Positions 23,678 through 37,813 of a stretch of DNA of 64,000 nucleotides are shown here, one piece after another. The translations under genes and the position numbers were made by a program. Below the pieces are notes generated by a model that ran no database searches, had not been told where the DNA came from, and saw nothing but the letters and a program-made list of their open reading frames with translations. Numbering within the stretch: position 1 is the first letter of the stretch; every line of letters begins with the position of its first letter. Source of the DNA: Eledone cirrhosa (taxonomy: Eukaryota); assembly GCA_964016885.1 (NCBI GenBank), contig OZ024751.1, positions 25,916,001-25,980,000 on the forward strand, in the 5' to 3' direction.

Positions 23678-24489
23678 GGTAGGGGGAATGACAGCGGTGC
23701 GAAGACTAGGACAAAAACACAAATGAGAGACACCGTCAATACATAGTGAGATGCAGAATAGGTATATTAATGAGAGGTATGACTGTGAAATCGAGCGGTT
23801 TCAGCTTGTAACCTCTCCAAGCTTGAAGAGTTACCTGACGCCCTGGGGCCGCAAATTAGCTACTTCTGGTCTAAATCTGGCCAAAAATTGGTAGCATTAA
23901 AGTGAAAACAAACACCACAAGGTATTTTAGTGTTTCCGATGCCTTAACAAGTAGACAAGTTAATAGATTTCAGACTATTTTCTGAACTTTTTGAAGCATC
24001 CAAAAATTTTAGAAATTCCAGGAATACTTTTATTAGTTTTCCTTTCACATTTTAGTTTCTTCTTCCAGTTTTATTTGCTCTGCTGTAAACAAACAGACAA
24101 ACTGATGGTTATTTGATGGTCAATTGATTTGAAGGAATCCGCTTTCGATTGCAATCTTCGATCCATATTGACAAAAGACCTTCCATTTGAATCATTGCCG
24201 AGATTCTGTTTCTTCTCTTTCTTGTTGTTTGGTAATTCAATGGTGAAGCAGCACTTTGTCCATGTTCTTTATATAACTTCGTGTTCAGAATAATATTATG
24301 TACTACTGAATCTCCGATAGCGTGATCTCTGCCTCATCTATATAGCTTTCGTTGCACCACTTTACGTTTGCTAATTGTTGTAAGAGAAAGAGTTGTAGCG
24401 GGTAGGGAATGGTCAAAAGAGGAGGTGGTTGTGTATTTGGGATGACAGAATCGAAAGGGCGCTGGAAAAATATCTTTCCTGTATTATAT

Positions 24490-24600
24490 TATCTCTTTTC
24501 CCAGTCTGAGTTCAAATCCTATCAACATCGACTTTGACTTACAACCTTCCGGGGTTGATAAAATGCGTAAAAGTATCAAGTGCTAGAACCAATCCAGTCT
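24490..24600 (+). mobile_element. Degenerate tRNA-SINE fragment
   Basis: gagttcaaatcc..cgactttgact..ggggttgataaaat. Confidence 0.55.
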
Positions 24601-25367
24601 ATTATAAACATACACGCACATACACACACGCAAACACATATACACACACACACATATAGATATATATACACACTCACACATACACACATACATAAACATA
24701 CACACACATGTATACACACTCACACATACATACATACATACATACATACATACATACACATATATACACACAAATACATACACACACAAATACATACACA
24801 CTCACACACATAAACACACATACACACACATACACACATATACTCATACACATACATACACATACTCACATATACGCACGCGCACATATTACCCACACAT
24901 ACACACACGTACGCACACACACACCTACTTCCCCTTAAAATGTGTGACTTTGTGGCCGTCTACTGCCATATCACTACTGCCATATATTGTAAGTAGAATC
25001 CAAAAGTTGAGGCCGGAATGTAGGAAAACGACTAAGTTATATTAAACATATCATCCGACTAATTGTCTCCAATAGATTTCACCAAGTGTGGCGACGTCCA
25101 GCACCATCGCTATGTCCATGCTATGGAATTTTCCTGAAAGAATCCAAAGGTGGTTTCCCGTTGTCTTCCGCTGTGGGTCTTTTTTTTTGCAAGATACTAT
25201 ATTGTCGGTTAGATACAGACACGTGTATCACACTTACCTGGGTAATTAGAATGTATAAAACTGCAACAAACACTGCAAGACATGGTGTCTGAGCATGTAA
25301 CACCTACCTGGGTATTTAGGATGTATACATCTGCATGAATATATTTGGATGTATATATTAGAGATCC

Positions 25368-25863
25368 GTGAATCACTCCAGGTAGAGCTGCTACTTCTCC
25401 GAATTGAGAGATCACAGCTCTGATACTACGGACATGTGGTTAGAATGTCTCAGGAAAGAATCACTGGAGAGTCACACCAGGTAGAGCCACTACTTCTCCG
25501 AATTGAGAGATCACAGCTCTGATACTACGGACATGTGGTTAGAATGTCTCAGGAAAGAATCACTGGAGAGTCACACCAGGTAGAGCCACTACTTCTCCGA
25601 ATTGAGAGATCACAGCTCTGATACTATGGACATGTGGTTAGAATGTCTCAGGAAAGAATCACTGGAGAGTCACACCAGGTAGAGCCACTACTTCTCCGAA
25701 TTGAGAGATCACAGCTCTGATACTACGGACATGTGGTTAGAATGTCTCAGGAAAGAATCACTGGAGAGTCACACCAGGTAGAGCCACTACTTCTCCGAAT
25801 TGAGAGATCACAGCTCTGATACTATGGACATGTGGTTAGAATGTCTCAGGAAAGAATCACTGG
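25368..25863 (+). repeat. 5 x 99-bp tandem repeat derived from RTE coding sequence
   Basis: tcactgg recurs at 25461, 25560, 25659, 25758, 25857. Confidence 0.95.
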
Positions 25864-26107
25864 GAAGATTTTACGGGCAAAACCAACCCAGGAGCATATC
25901 CCGAGCAAGATGATTGGATAACATCCATGAGCTTGGCTGGTCTCACTTGGGGATCCAGATGGATCAGTTGGGGGTGGTTGCTTCTGACAGGCCCCACTGG
26001 AAGGAGTGTTTGAGGACTCTGCTCCCACGACCCTCTCAAGAAGAAGAAGAAGAAGAAGAAGAAGAAGAAGAAGAAGAAGAAGAAGAAGAAGAAGAAGAAG
26101 AAGAAGG
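25368..26107 (+). mobile_element. RTE-clade LINE 3' fragment with (GAA)n tail
   Basis: Encodes LLRIERSQL.YYGHVVRM..ERI..K....LDNI..LGWSHLGI (RTE RT C-terminus); homologous to 61791-62110 and 63830-64000. Confidence 0.8.
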
Positions 26108-26109
26108 CA

Positions 26110-26430
26110 TTTGGAACAAACATTGCAGGATATGTTGTCTGAGCAGGTAACAATTCCGCCAATCTACAAATTTCGGTGGAATGTTTACTTCATCAAACAC
26201 CATAAAGATGAAAAACAAAATTTACTTCGGTGTTATTTGAACTCACAACACAAAAGGCCGGATCAAATACAGCAAGGTATTTTGTCCAACGCTTTAACAA
26301 TCCCATTAATCTACCACAATGGACTGCTCCATTATCGATCGTAGAAGAATGAAAGACAAAGTTGGCATAGTCGGGATTTGAACTCAGAACATAAACAGCC
26401 TGATTAAATACCACAAGGTATTTTACCAAT
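26110..26430 (-). mobile_element. Stacked degenerate SINE head fragments
   Basis: gatgaaa..aaa..tcgg..atttgaactca motifs at ~26208 and ~26349. Confidence 0.55.
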
Positions 26431-27558
26431 TCGAGAATTCGTTCTCTTTAAAATATAATTTACTTAGGAAATGCTACGAAATAATTTTCGAAATACGAAA
26501 TAATAAGGGGGCTTATTATAATCGATGACACGAGTGTATGTCTGGTATTTCTTTAAAGGACCACCATGATGTAAAGTGCAAAGTGTCAACACTGGCTATT
26601 TGAACACGGTTGATCGTATCACAACTGAATACCGGAAGACAGACACTCAGCCGTTTCTGTTCAACTGATTATCTTTCATATTACAATTTTAATTATCTCG
26701 ATGATTTAGTTTTGTTACGGCTCATTTATCATTGCTGTTGTTTGTTCTTGTTCTTCTGAACTCCTTTGTTGTTTTGTCTATTGGTTTTTTGTGGGGGAAA
26801 GGAGTTCATGTTTGTTTGTTTGTTGTTGTTGTTGTTGTTGTTGTTTTTCAGCCGGTCAGATTTAATGTTAGGGGTTTGGTTGTTCAGATATGATAGTGTG
26901 TGTGTATGTCTTGTTAATGTCACACATGGCAACAAACATGGAAGAGGTTTGGTTGTTCAGATATGATAGTGTGTGTGCGTGTGTGTTTTGATAATGCCAC
27001 ACACGGCAACAAACTTGCAGAAGACAAACAATAAAGATTTTAAACACACAATTGTTGGAAAGATGAATTGTTCATAGAAGTTAAGGTAATCTCTTGTGTA
27101 GTAATTAGTGAAGTTAATGGTAGGGGCCGCTGTAGTGTATTAGTGACGTTAATCGTAGAGGCCGCTGTAGTGTATTTAGTATAGGGTTGGTTATAGCGAA
27201 GGGAGTAATAAATAAACATGTAAACAAGTTGATTTAATTAATTAATTAAAGACGATACAAAACTAACCTAACAATAACAAGAAACACTGGTCAAGGACGG
27301 ATGACGACGGTATTTGGCGGTGCTTTTATTAGGATATTTTATGACAAACGCCCTGCATGCCACAGATTTTCTAAGTAAATATTTGCAAATGAAATGATTT
27401 TATCTAAAGAGATAGAGTGAATGTTTTGCTAATATTAAATGATTAAGAACACAGCAAATTGATTAGTAAAATTTATGAAAAGAAAAAAATTGGCAGAGCA
27501 TTGTGTATCAATCCTTCCCTATACACGCCCACACACACACACACATATATATATATAT

Positions 27559-27724
27559 AACGAAGGAAGTGTGGTAAGGAACCAGGTGGACCATAACGCA
27601 CCAAAGTACTCAATACTTAGGGTAGTAGAGTGGATAATAGGAACGAGTAGGACCCCGACGGCTAATTCCGTCCAGAATCAGCCGTCGAAACGGCTTGAGC
27701 TCAGCCATCGGGGTCCTACTCGTT

Positions 27725-27729
<5 letters not shown>
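27559..27729. mobile_element. Family B fold-back insertion in (TA)n
   Basis: Complete tail on minus (27559-27663) joined to a plus arm with full stem II, GAAA (27687-27690) and stem III, ending at ttcctat. Confidence 0.85.
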
Positions 27730-27774
<45 letters not shown>

Positions 27775-27779
<5 letters not shown>

Positions 27780-28110
27780 ATGGCCCCGTAACTCCTGGGA
27801 GATTCGTAGGGGCGCCGTATTGACGTACGGCGTTTCTTGGGTATTTCAGCCAGGCGGAGCTGACCCCCTCTCCAGGCCTGAGTTTAGCAGTTTTTTCCAG
27901 TGAAAGATAGAAAGTGAGAGAGAGGAAATGAGAAAGAGATATAGAGGAAGAATCAACCCCAGTACTTGACTGGTACTTTTTTATCGACCCCGAAAGGATG
28001 AAAGGTAAAGTTGACCTCGGCGGGATTTGAACTCAGAGAGCATCGAGCCGGAATGAATACCACAAGGTATTCTATCTGACGTTCTAACTACTCTGCCAAT
28101 TCGCCGCCTA
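27775..28110 (-). mobile_element. Long SINE variant (tRNA head + core + GC-rich 3' extension)
   Basis: SINE core at ~27950-28110; extension ggcgccgtattgacgtacggcg..ctctccaggcctga recurs at 52185-53110. Confidence 0.75.
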
Positions 28111-28269
28111 TAGATATTTATACAATCTCTCACTCTGATCGAGCGACAAGATCTCAAACATCATTTGCTTACCGAGTGGGTGGACCTCGTCAAATTGGAC
28201 CAAGGAAACAATGTTTCCATTGGTCTTTCCATTGCTGATATTCTCTACCGTTCGCAACTCCTGGCAGAA

Positions 28270-28392
28270 GAAGCAACGTGAAATAAAGTGTCTGGTTCAA
28301 GGATACAATGCATCACCCGGTCCGAGAATTGAAATCACAACCTTGCGATTGCGAATCCAACTCTCTAACCACTAAGCCTCGCGCCTTCACAC
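28270..28392 (-). mobile_element. Second tRNA-derived SINE family
   Basis: Minus strand gtgaaggcgcgaggcttagtggttagag..gatttcaattctc tRNA-like head; related copy at ~29100-29205. Confidence 0.65.
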
Positions 28393-28394
28393 AG

Positions 28395-28870
28395 TATACA
28401 ATAGGTGATACACAATAGGAATTATACAATAGGTGATACACAATAGGAATTATACAATAGGTGATATACAATAGGTATTATACAATAAGTGATATACAAT
28501 AGGTATTATACAATAGGTGATATACAAAAAGATATATAAAATAAGTGGTATATTAAAAGTTATCTATAATAGGCAGTATATAATAGGTTGTATGCAATAG
28601 GTGGTACACAATAGGTGATATACAATAGGTATTATACAATAGGTGATACACAATAGGAATTATACAATAGGTGATATACAATAGGTATTATACAATAGGT
28701 GATATACAATAGGTATTATACAATAGGTGATATACAATAGGTATTATACAATAGGTGATATACAATAAGATATATAAAATAAGTGGTATATTAAAAGCTA
28801 TCTATATAGGCAGTATATAATAGGTTGTATGCAATAGGTGGTACACAATAAGTGGAATATAATAGGGGAT
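28395..28870. repeat. 14-bp (28-bp dimer) minisatellite tacaataggtgata/tacaataggtatta with a larger block duplication
   Basis: Direct reading; block gatatataaaataagtggtatattaaaag occurs twice. Confidence 0.9.
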
Positions 28871-29604
28871 ATCTTATAGGGGATACATAATATGTGCTAT
28901 TTAATTAGTAGTCTATAATATGTGGTATATATGAGATAAAATATAATAGGTGGTATACAATAGGTTTTATATATCATTCTCAGGGAGATTCAGTGTATTG
29001 CAGTGCTGGCGGTTCGAATTACAGGACTACAGATATAACCTATCCAACGGGCTTCCAAACAGGTTCCGTCAACACAAATATCATTCACGAGGCTTGGATC
29101 AATGTGAGGTAAACGATATTTGCCCCACACTCCAGGTGGTGGGATTGAACCTGTAACCTCATGAGTGTAAATCGTACATCTTAAGCATTCGTCCAAGCTG
29201 CGTTCAAACCTCTAAACTATGGTGGTTAATGAACTGACAAGTTTCTTTTATTGGTTCTTATTCCCTGCTGAGACAAGAGTAAGGCTGTCCATTAAATTCT
29301 CTTTCTTCTTTGTCATCGAGGTCGCTTCCTGCAGTGACATAAAATGTCGTTCGATATTAAACTCGTTTCAGTTGAAAGTTAACTGATTTCACATAGATTT
29401 GAGAATATTAAGTAAAGTAAAGAAATAGACAAGGTGAAGTAAATTTACTTCAGATTATCACCTGGAAGAAACAACCGACGAAAGAAAGCAGGTACGGCAA
29501 TCATTTTCCAATCACCGGAGTAATTAAGAAACGTGTGCGCTTTATAAGGCATTACAGAAGAGCTAAGTAAGAACTCATTAGTGATTTACTCATAGGGACA
29601 TACT

Positions 29605-29728
<124 letters not shown>

Positions 29729-29819
29729 TATAATTATTAAGGCCAGTTACTACAATAGCGCGATACCAGGTACGTATGTTTTGTTAGCCAGAAAACATAC
29801 TAATATATATATGTATATG

Positions 29820-29878
<59 letters not shown>

Positions 29879-30074
29879 GTATATGCACACACATATCTCT
29901 CGCTCCCCCCCTCTCTCTCTCTCCTCCTCTCTCTCTTTCTATATATATGTATGTATATGTGTGTGTGTGTGTAGCTTATGAAGCATTGGGAAATCTGAAA
30001 CATGTATATATATTGCCACAATGTAAATAACTAGAATAAAAGTTGATAACTAGAAGGAAATAGTTTAATAAAGT

Positions 30075-30282
30075 GTAGGACAGAACAAAGGAGAGAATCA
30101 CATAAATAAATCAGTCACTGGGGAGGTCACAGAATGTGTGACGACAGAGTTTTGACAATATATAGACAACCATCCGGTTATTGAACCAACCAACCGGGAA
30201 TTTATAATAAATTGATGTGAAACCCAAAAGGTGGGTGTGTTTTTATTGGCAGCATGACCCTTGCAAAGTATAACAATGTATA
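30075..30282 (+). mobile_element. PLE pLTR family C solo arm with decayed hammerhead (30114-30156)
   Basis: Aligns to 23372-23575; core mutated to CTGGGGA/GACA; ends at the same gcaaagtataacaat site. Confidence 0.75.
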
Positions 30283-30567
30283 TATATAAGTATAACATTA
30301 TATATATATATATATACACACGAATCGACCATCCAACAAAAACCTTAATTGACCAGCTCTGTACGTTTATAGAATGTTGCCATGGTGAACTTCCAAACGC
30401 TGTGCAGGATTAAGATGAGAATGGCATTTTACTGACGTTGGGTAACGCATAACGAGACCCTCGCATTTCTCAAGTCCTTGTATAAATCTGTAAAAGGGGG
30501 TTTGCGTGCGTTCTTGTTAAATATTATGAAAAATAACTAAAATAAAAACAAATAAATGTTATTGTCT

Positions 30568-30600
<33 letters not shown>

Positions 30601-30874
30601 GTAAACATATCTTTCACAAAGAAATGTTCTCCCCTCTCCTCCAATCACTTTCACATCCTCCAATCACTTTCACAGAAAATATCAATAAACTATAACACAA
30701 AAAAAAACAATTAATTGCTTTGATAATTTGTTTAAAGTTGTTGCCTATATTCACTAAATTCGATGTTATTTGTCATCATTTTAAATTTGAGCAGCGGTAG
30801 CTGTTATTTCGGTTGTTTCTGTGCCTAGTGACAATATTTATATTGGTGTTGAAGACTTTCTTTTCTGCTGTAGC

Positions 30875-30906
<32 letters not shown>

Positions 30907-31112
30907 TTGTTGCTGCTGCTGCTGTCAATATATTGTTATAGGTGTTTCCTTTCAATTTATAAATACAATTCATTAATTAATTTAAAAAGAGCATCAACAA
31001 TTTTTAATCAAATTACTGATAAAAACCAAAGTAACGTCCTCACAATTTTACGCTTGATATAATATACGACCATACTTGCATATATATGTGTATGTGTGTT
31101 TGTGTGTGCGTG

Positions 31113-31180
<68 letters not shown>

Positions 31181-31214
31181 TGTTAAAGGTAAACCGAAAC
31201 AACAAAAATAAAAA

Positions 31215-31340
31215 AACAAAATGGCACAATACATGGAAGAAATATATTAGTCTAACGCTTGAAATAGCAGGAAGGGAGTCATAACCGTTTCGGACAATAG
31301 TCTTTCATCGGAAGAAAGAGTTAGAAATAGAAGATAATTA
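31215..31340 (-). mobile_element. Short TA-flanked element with degenerate hammerhead-like motif
   Basis: Minus strand CCGATGA a agac-tatt-gtcc GAAA cggt TA; stem I not convincing. Confidence 0.35.
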
Positions 31341-31362
31341 TATATATATATATATATATATA

Positions 31363-31536
31363 TAGGAAAAAGTATGACCCCGACGGCAGAGCTCAAGCCG
31401 TTTCGACGGCTATTTCTGAACGGCTTGAGCTCTGCCGTCGGGGTCATACTTTTTTCCTATTTCCCACTCTACTACCCTAAGTATTGAGTACTCTGGTGCG
31501 TTATGGTCCATCTGGTTCCTTACCACAATTGCTTTG

Positions 31537-31538
<2 letters not shown>
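31363..31538 (+). mobile_element. Family B fold-back insertion (diverged subfamily)
   Basis: Inverted arm 31363-31412 mirrors 31419-31460; conserved tail; (TA)n on both sides. Confidence 0.85.
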
Positions 31539-31635
<97 letters not shown>

Positions 31636-31761
31636 GCTCTACATGGCTGAATACAATAAATGTAATCTGAGTTTTTCGAATATTAATAATAATATTCGGT
31701 AGGTTTGAATTATGCAAACAACCCTCATTTTCAAAGCCATGTCAGTAGAATGAACACTTCG

Positions 31762-31963
31762 TTCTTGCTCTTGTGTTGTCATGTAAACAGGACTGGAGAC
31801 ACTAATGTTTCTGGGTATCACCCTTCATCAGTACAGTTCAATTTTCACCTGCCAACTGCCAGAGCTTGTGAAAATATGATATTTTCTCAAATAAACAGTC
31901 ACTTATCGGCCTGATTTGCATATTGGCAGGCCGGCTGTTTACATGCCAACACAAGAGCAAGAA
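31762..31963. mobile_element. MITE-like element with 29-bp inverted repeats
   Basis: ttcttgctcttgtgttgtcatgtaaacag (31762-31790) / ctgtttacatgccaacacaagagcaagaa (31935-31963), 1 mismatch; outer ccctcatt/aatgaggg also match. Confidence 0.6.
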
Positions 31964-32639
31964 TGAGGGGCTCATATATATGTGAGTGTGTGTGCTTGTT
32001 TGTTTGTGTCTGTGTGTCTATGTGTCTGTCTGTCTGTCTGTCTGTTTCTGTACGTTAATGATAATAGCCATGAGAAAAGCAACTGATACCGGAGAGTAGA
32101 GAATGAACAATGTTATTAACATACCTAAATTCAGACTGACCAAAATTAGAATTTTCCACAAACGGTTCTACGTCTGAACCATTAGTCAGCCATTTTGACA
32201 AAAAAAAGTGTATAACGACAGCAATTGCCAAGTCCTTCATTAGTTTAACGATGCACACAAAAAATAGAAAATTAACCAAGTTTAAAGAAATATCCGACTT
32301 GTTTGCTGTCACTACAATAGATAGGATTACTATAAATCTCCTAAGACAGAATTTCACAGGTATACGCAGCCACAACCTTTTCAACAGCCAAAAATTTAAG
32401 GTAAATGATTCTTGAATAGATCATATCGCTTTTCATACCAGGCACACAGAAGCACTCCCGAAAGCTGGATTACTCAAATACATCTCCCCAAGCGCCCACG
32501 CTTCTAGCCTTCTTAAAACTTCCTTTTTCAAACTTCGATGTTCCGGGTTTTTCTCTTTCCTGAAGAAAGATGTTAAGCCCTTTCCTACTTCCTCCTAAAC
32601 GTAATACTAATAAGACTTTGTGTTCTTGCATCTCTGTTT

Positions 32640-33594
32640 TGTCTTGTCATTTCTTGAACTATATATTGTCTTGTCATTTCTTGAACTATATATTAGTGTC
32701 ATTTCTTGAACTATATATTGTCTTGTCATTTCTTGAACTATATATTGTCTTGTCATTTCTTGAACTATATATTAGTGTCATTTCTTGAACTATATATTGT
32801 CTTGTCATTTCTTGAACTATATATTGTCTTGTCATTTCTTGAACTATATATTAGTGTCATTTCTTGAACTATATACTGTCTTGTCATTTCTTGAACTATA
32901 TATTAGTGTCATTCCTTGAACTATATATTAGTGTCATTTCTTGAACTATATATTATCTTGTCATTTCTTGAACTTTATATTAGTGTCATTTCTTGAACTA
33001 TATATTAGTGTCATTTCTTGAACTTTATATTAGTGTCATTTCTTGAACTATATACTGTCTTGTCATTTCTTGAACTATATATTAGTGTCATTTCTTGAAC
33101 TATATATTAGTGTCATTTCTTGAACTATATATTAGTGTCATTTCTTGAACTATATATTGTCTTGTCATTTCTTGAACTATATATTATCTTGTCATTTCTT
33201 GAACTTTATATTAGTGTCATTTCTTGAACTATATATTAGTGTCATTTCTTGAACTATATATTGTCTTGTCATTTCTTGAACTATATATTATCTTGTCATT
33301 TCTTGAACTTTATATTAGTGTCATTTCTTGAACTATATATTAGTGTCATTTCTTGAACTATATATTAGTGTCATTTCTTGAACTATATACTGTCTTGTCA
33401 TTTCTTGAACTATATATTAGTGTCATTTCTTGAACTATATATTAGTGTCATTTCTTGAACTATATATTAGTGTCATTTCTTGAACTATATACTGTCTTGT
33501 CATTTCTTGAACTATATATTAGTGTCATTTCTTGAACTTTATATTAGTGTCATTTCTTGAACTATACATTAGTGTCATTTCTTGAACTATATAT
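32640..33594. repeat. 25/27-bp minisatellite tgtcatttcttgaactatatatt(ag/gtct)
   Basis: Roughly 36 tandem units. Confidence 0.95.
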
Positions 33595-33595
33595 T

Positions 33596-33647
<52 letters not shown>

Positions 33648-33885
33648 TGTAGGGGGGGATACATGTGTGTGTGTGTCTTTGTGTGTGTCTGTGTGTGTGC
33701 ATGCATTTAAAATTACAGAGATATGTGTACTAGAAGTCGTTCACCAACTTTTCTGTGTAGAGGTGAATGTAATATATACATACAACACACATATATATAT
33801 ATATAATTATACATACGCTTCCTCAATATATGTATGTGTGTGTTTGTACATATACTTAGGTATATACATAGTATATGTGTATATG

Positions 33886-33970
<85 letters not shown>

Positions 33971-35087
33971 TTGCGAGTTTGTGTGTGTATGAATGTGTGT
34001 ATGCATGTGCGTGTGTGTATGTATATATGTATATCCGTATATATATATGTGTATGTGTTTATGTGTGTGTATGTAAGTATATATGTATGTAATATATATA
34101 TGTGTGTGTATATATATATATATAGCAAGTAAAGATATGCATATGCTATAAGCGTTCTTTGTTATTTATTTATTATATATATATATATATTAATATATAC
34201 ATATGGTGTGTATGCGTATGTATGTATTTATATATGCCAATATATATATATATGTGTGTGTGTGTGCGCGTGTGTATGTGTTATATGCGAATGATTGTAT
34301 GCATATATGTGTGCTGGTGTTTAGCAGAAACAACTTATAGTCGTAACAGAGTGAAAATTCGATGTAGTTATTAAATATAAAATAGATAATGGCTGACGTT
34401 GAAAAGTGGAAAAAATGGTGGTATTATTTGACTGTTTAGATCAGTATCCGGTCGCCGCTCGTAAAGAAATATCGAAACAGTCTCAACTAATTTGATTAGC
34501 TTTTTATTGAAAAACCTAATGAGAAAAGTATTATGTGATTTATATATGACTATATATATATATATGCGTGTGTGTGTGTGTATGTGTGTGTGGGTATGTG
34601 TGTGTGTGTCTGTGTGGGTATATATATGTGTGTGTGGGTGTGGGTGTGGGTGTGTGTGTGGGTATGTGTGTGTGTGGGTGTGTGTGTGTGTGTATACGTG
34701 TATATGTGCATGTATATTAAACTAAGAATCGAATTACCAAATATATAAATATATATATAATACCTAAATACATAGATACATTGCGTAATACAGATAGACA
34801 TGTCGTCACAGAACTATCGCGGTATATATATATATATATACTCAATATATACTCAATATATATACATATATATATATATATATATTTCGTTTCTGAATTT
34901 GTTTAGCAAGATTCTTTATCTGAAAACGTGTGTTGAAACCGATATTGGGAGGGTCATGTTGCCAATAAGAAACACACGCACCAGTTGCTTTCACTCCAAT
35001 TTATTATAAATTAAATTTATAAATTTAAGAATTTATAAATTTCCAGTTGGTTGGTTGGTTCCATAACCGGACGGTTGTTCATATATT

Positions 35088-35130
35088 GTCAAAGTTCTTT
35101 CGTCACACATTCTGTGACCTCTTCAGTGAC
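35088..35130 (-). ncRNA. Minimal type I hammerhead ribozyme motif (family C)
   Basis: gtca CTGAAGA g gtcaca-gaatg-tgtgac GAAA gaac TT tgac. Confidence 0.7.
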
Positions 35131-35492
35131 TGGGGATTCTTTTCTTTGTTTTTGTGCCTCTCCTTCGTTCAGTCCTACGCCATCTTGTTTTTGTGTTTGT
35201 TGTGTGCTTAGTTTGCGCATGTGTTACATCCGGGTGTCTGTGTGTGTTTATATTTGTTTATTTATTTGTTTATTTACATGTCACAGGCTGGTTGTTTGTT
35301 CTATGTGTGTGTGTGTGTTTTCATTTTGTCCTTAATTGTAAGTTGTGATGTTGCTATTCCATTCATGTTTTCTATTTAATTTTGGTTGGAGTTCATTTAT
35401 GTTTATTGCTCTGTGATTTGTCTAAACATTGCGTCTTTTCTGTGTAGATTCTATTTTTATTTCTATGTTCTCTAATTTGCCCTTATTTCTAT

Positions 35493-35861
35493 TTAAGCAT
35501 GTTGGTGGAGTATTGGTGATTCTTTTTTATCTTGAAGTTCTCGCCAGTGTTCATTTAAAAGTTCTCCTATACTACGAGCTGTCTTACCTATGTACACTAT
35601 ATTCTTATCTTTACATTGTCCATAAGTACATCTTATGCTATATACTACATTTCTAGTTTTACAGTTAATATGGGGGCTTAGTTTACAGATTATGCATTTT
35701 TTATTTATACAGGGAGGTCTTTGAAAAGGGTATGTATTGCTAATAAGTGTTTTTATGGAGGTACCTGGTATTTCTACTACCTTAATATTAAGTTTATGTT
35801 TATCTAGGGCCCTTCTAAATGTGTAAGCTAATTCACCTCTAGGGGTTGTATTGATGAACAT
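35493..35861 (-). pseudogene. PLE GIY-YIG endonuclease fragment
   Basis: C..KC.IC......C.TRNVVYSIRC....C....VYIGKTARS....NEH. Confidence 0.85.
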
Positions 35862-35884
35862 TACACTCTGGTATTTATTGCGTT

Positions 35885-35977
35885 TTAATAAAATCTTTTC
35901 GTTTGGTTAAGAAATCTTGATTTTATTAATAATGGTTTCACATCGTTATAACATGTCGACAGAGAACTATCGGGGTA
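35885..35977 (-). repeat. Inverted copy of 44238-44332 (short family D; further remnant at ~34797-34825)
   Basis: aataaaatcttttcgtttggttaagaaatc..gtcgacagagaactatcggggta is mirrored at 44238-44332 with a few substitutions. Confidence 0.85.
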
Positions 35978-35985
35978 TACATATA

Positions 35986-36187
<202 letters not shown>

Positions 36188-36211
36188 ATTAAATAAATGG
36201 AAAACTATATT

Positions 36212-36310
36212 TATAAAACCATATTTATTTCATTATATATATTTCGGGGATATCATATTAACAATATGCTATGCCTTCATCAGACAAAATACAATATAAA
36301 CAGTTTTATA
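36212..36310 (-). ncRNA. Type I hammerhead ribozyme (mirror of 43459-43557)
   Basis: tcatcag at 36277-36283 and tttc at 36242-36245. Confidence 0.8.
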
Positions 36311-37813
36311 GATAAATATATTCGACATACCGTAATAAACATCAACTTCATTTGAAGAGGTTCACTCTAGCAGTGAAAATACAGAGAGAAAGAAAGAGAG
36401 AGAGAAAAGAGGGAAATAAGAAAGAAAGAAAGACGAAACGAAGAAAAGGAAGAAAAAGAAGAAAAAGAAGAAATGCATGGGACAAAATAGAGAGATGGAA
36501 AAATAGATAAAGCGAAGAGCTTCATGTAAAGAGACCGAAAGAGATATATATATATATATAGAGAGAGGAAATAGAGATAGATACATATATAAATATAGAT
36601 ATAGAAAAATTAGGTAGTGGGAGGTCATTTTGAGTAAGTGTATCAATGATGCATTTATTTATTTATTTATTTATTTATCTATTTATTTAGCTCAAGTATT
36701 AATGTAAGGGAGATATAGAGAGATATAGAGAGATATAGAGAGAGAAAAATTTAAAAATAGCCAGACATATTCGAGGCGTAGAAAACCCTATGTTTTAATG
36801 TATTAGTATTTATAAAACTTACACTATATTGTAAATATCAGTATTCCTGAATGAAACAAGTATTCACAATGCGTGAAAATTCATTATCTTATGTTTAGTT
36901 TTTTAAAAAATTCATATGTCTATGTGAGTCCAACTGATTCACTCCGCAAATTCAAAGTTACCGGAAAACATTCTCAATGTGGTATAAACATTTGAGCGTA
37001 TTATTATTCTTGCGATTACTCTACAAGATTATCTATCAAGCAGAAATAGAGAGCAGATTTCAATATACTAATCGAAAATATATATTATATTATAAGCAGA
37101 GATAACAATAATAATGATAATAAGTAAAAATATATAAAAATATAAAAATATAGAATAGAAAACTAAAAAAGAATATTACGAAAGAATATTACATAATAAA
37201 AATATTGCATATTAAAAATACTATGTTTTAAAATTATTACGTATTAAAACTTTACATATAAAAATATTAAAAATAAAAATAAAATAAAATAAAAAATAAA
37301 AAATAAAAATATAAAAATATTATAGAATACTACAATACTAAAAGAATAAAAATAAAAATAAAAATAAAAATAAAAATAAAAATAAAAATAAAAATAAAAA
37401 TAAAAAATAAACCACAAAGAACAACCCTTCAAGGTTAATTGACAATATATTGCCAAGTTCACTACAAGACAAAGCCAAAAATTATCTATCAAATCACATC
37501 TAGCAAGGAATATCGCAAAAAAAAAAAAAAAAAAAAAAAAAAAGGTTATGATGTCCAATAATGTCTACATATGTTCCTATATTTAATATATAAGTTTATC
37601 AAGTGTAAGGTTAATTCATAAAATTTGGAGCATCGGCTTTTAGGGTAGCTTAATTTTTCATGAGGAATGTTTAGATAAAAATAAAAATAAAAATAAAAAA
37701 TAAAAATAAAAATAAATACAATAAAATAAACAGTAAAAAGAGGGAATCAAAGATTTAGGAATCAAAAGATTTATCGGCTAGTTCTCATATAAATATAAAT
37801 CAAACTAAATATA

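Larger units (their letters stand above)
34885..35884 (-). mobile_element. 5'-truncated Penelope-like element (family C): GIY-YIG remnant + 3' UTR/pLTR
   Basis: ORF 35493-35861 with Cys linker and VVY..YIG.T.R..EH; 3' UTR carries an HHR; ends in (TA)n. Confidence 0.85.

Noticed and set aside
32640-33594. CRISPR-like array
   Set aside because: No spacers; simple minisatellite.
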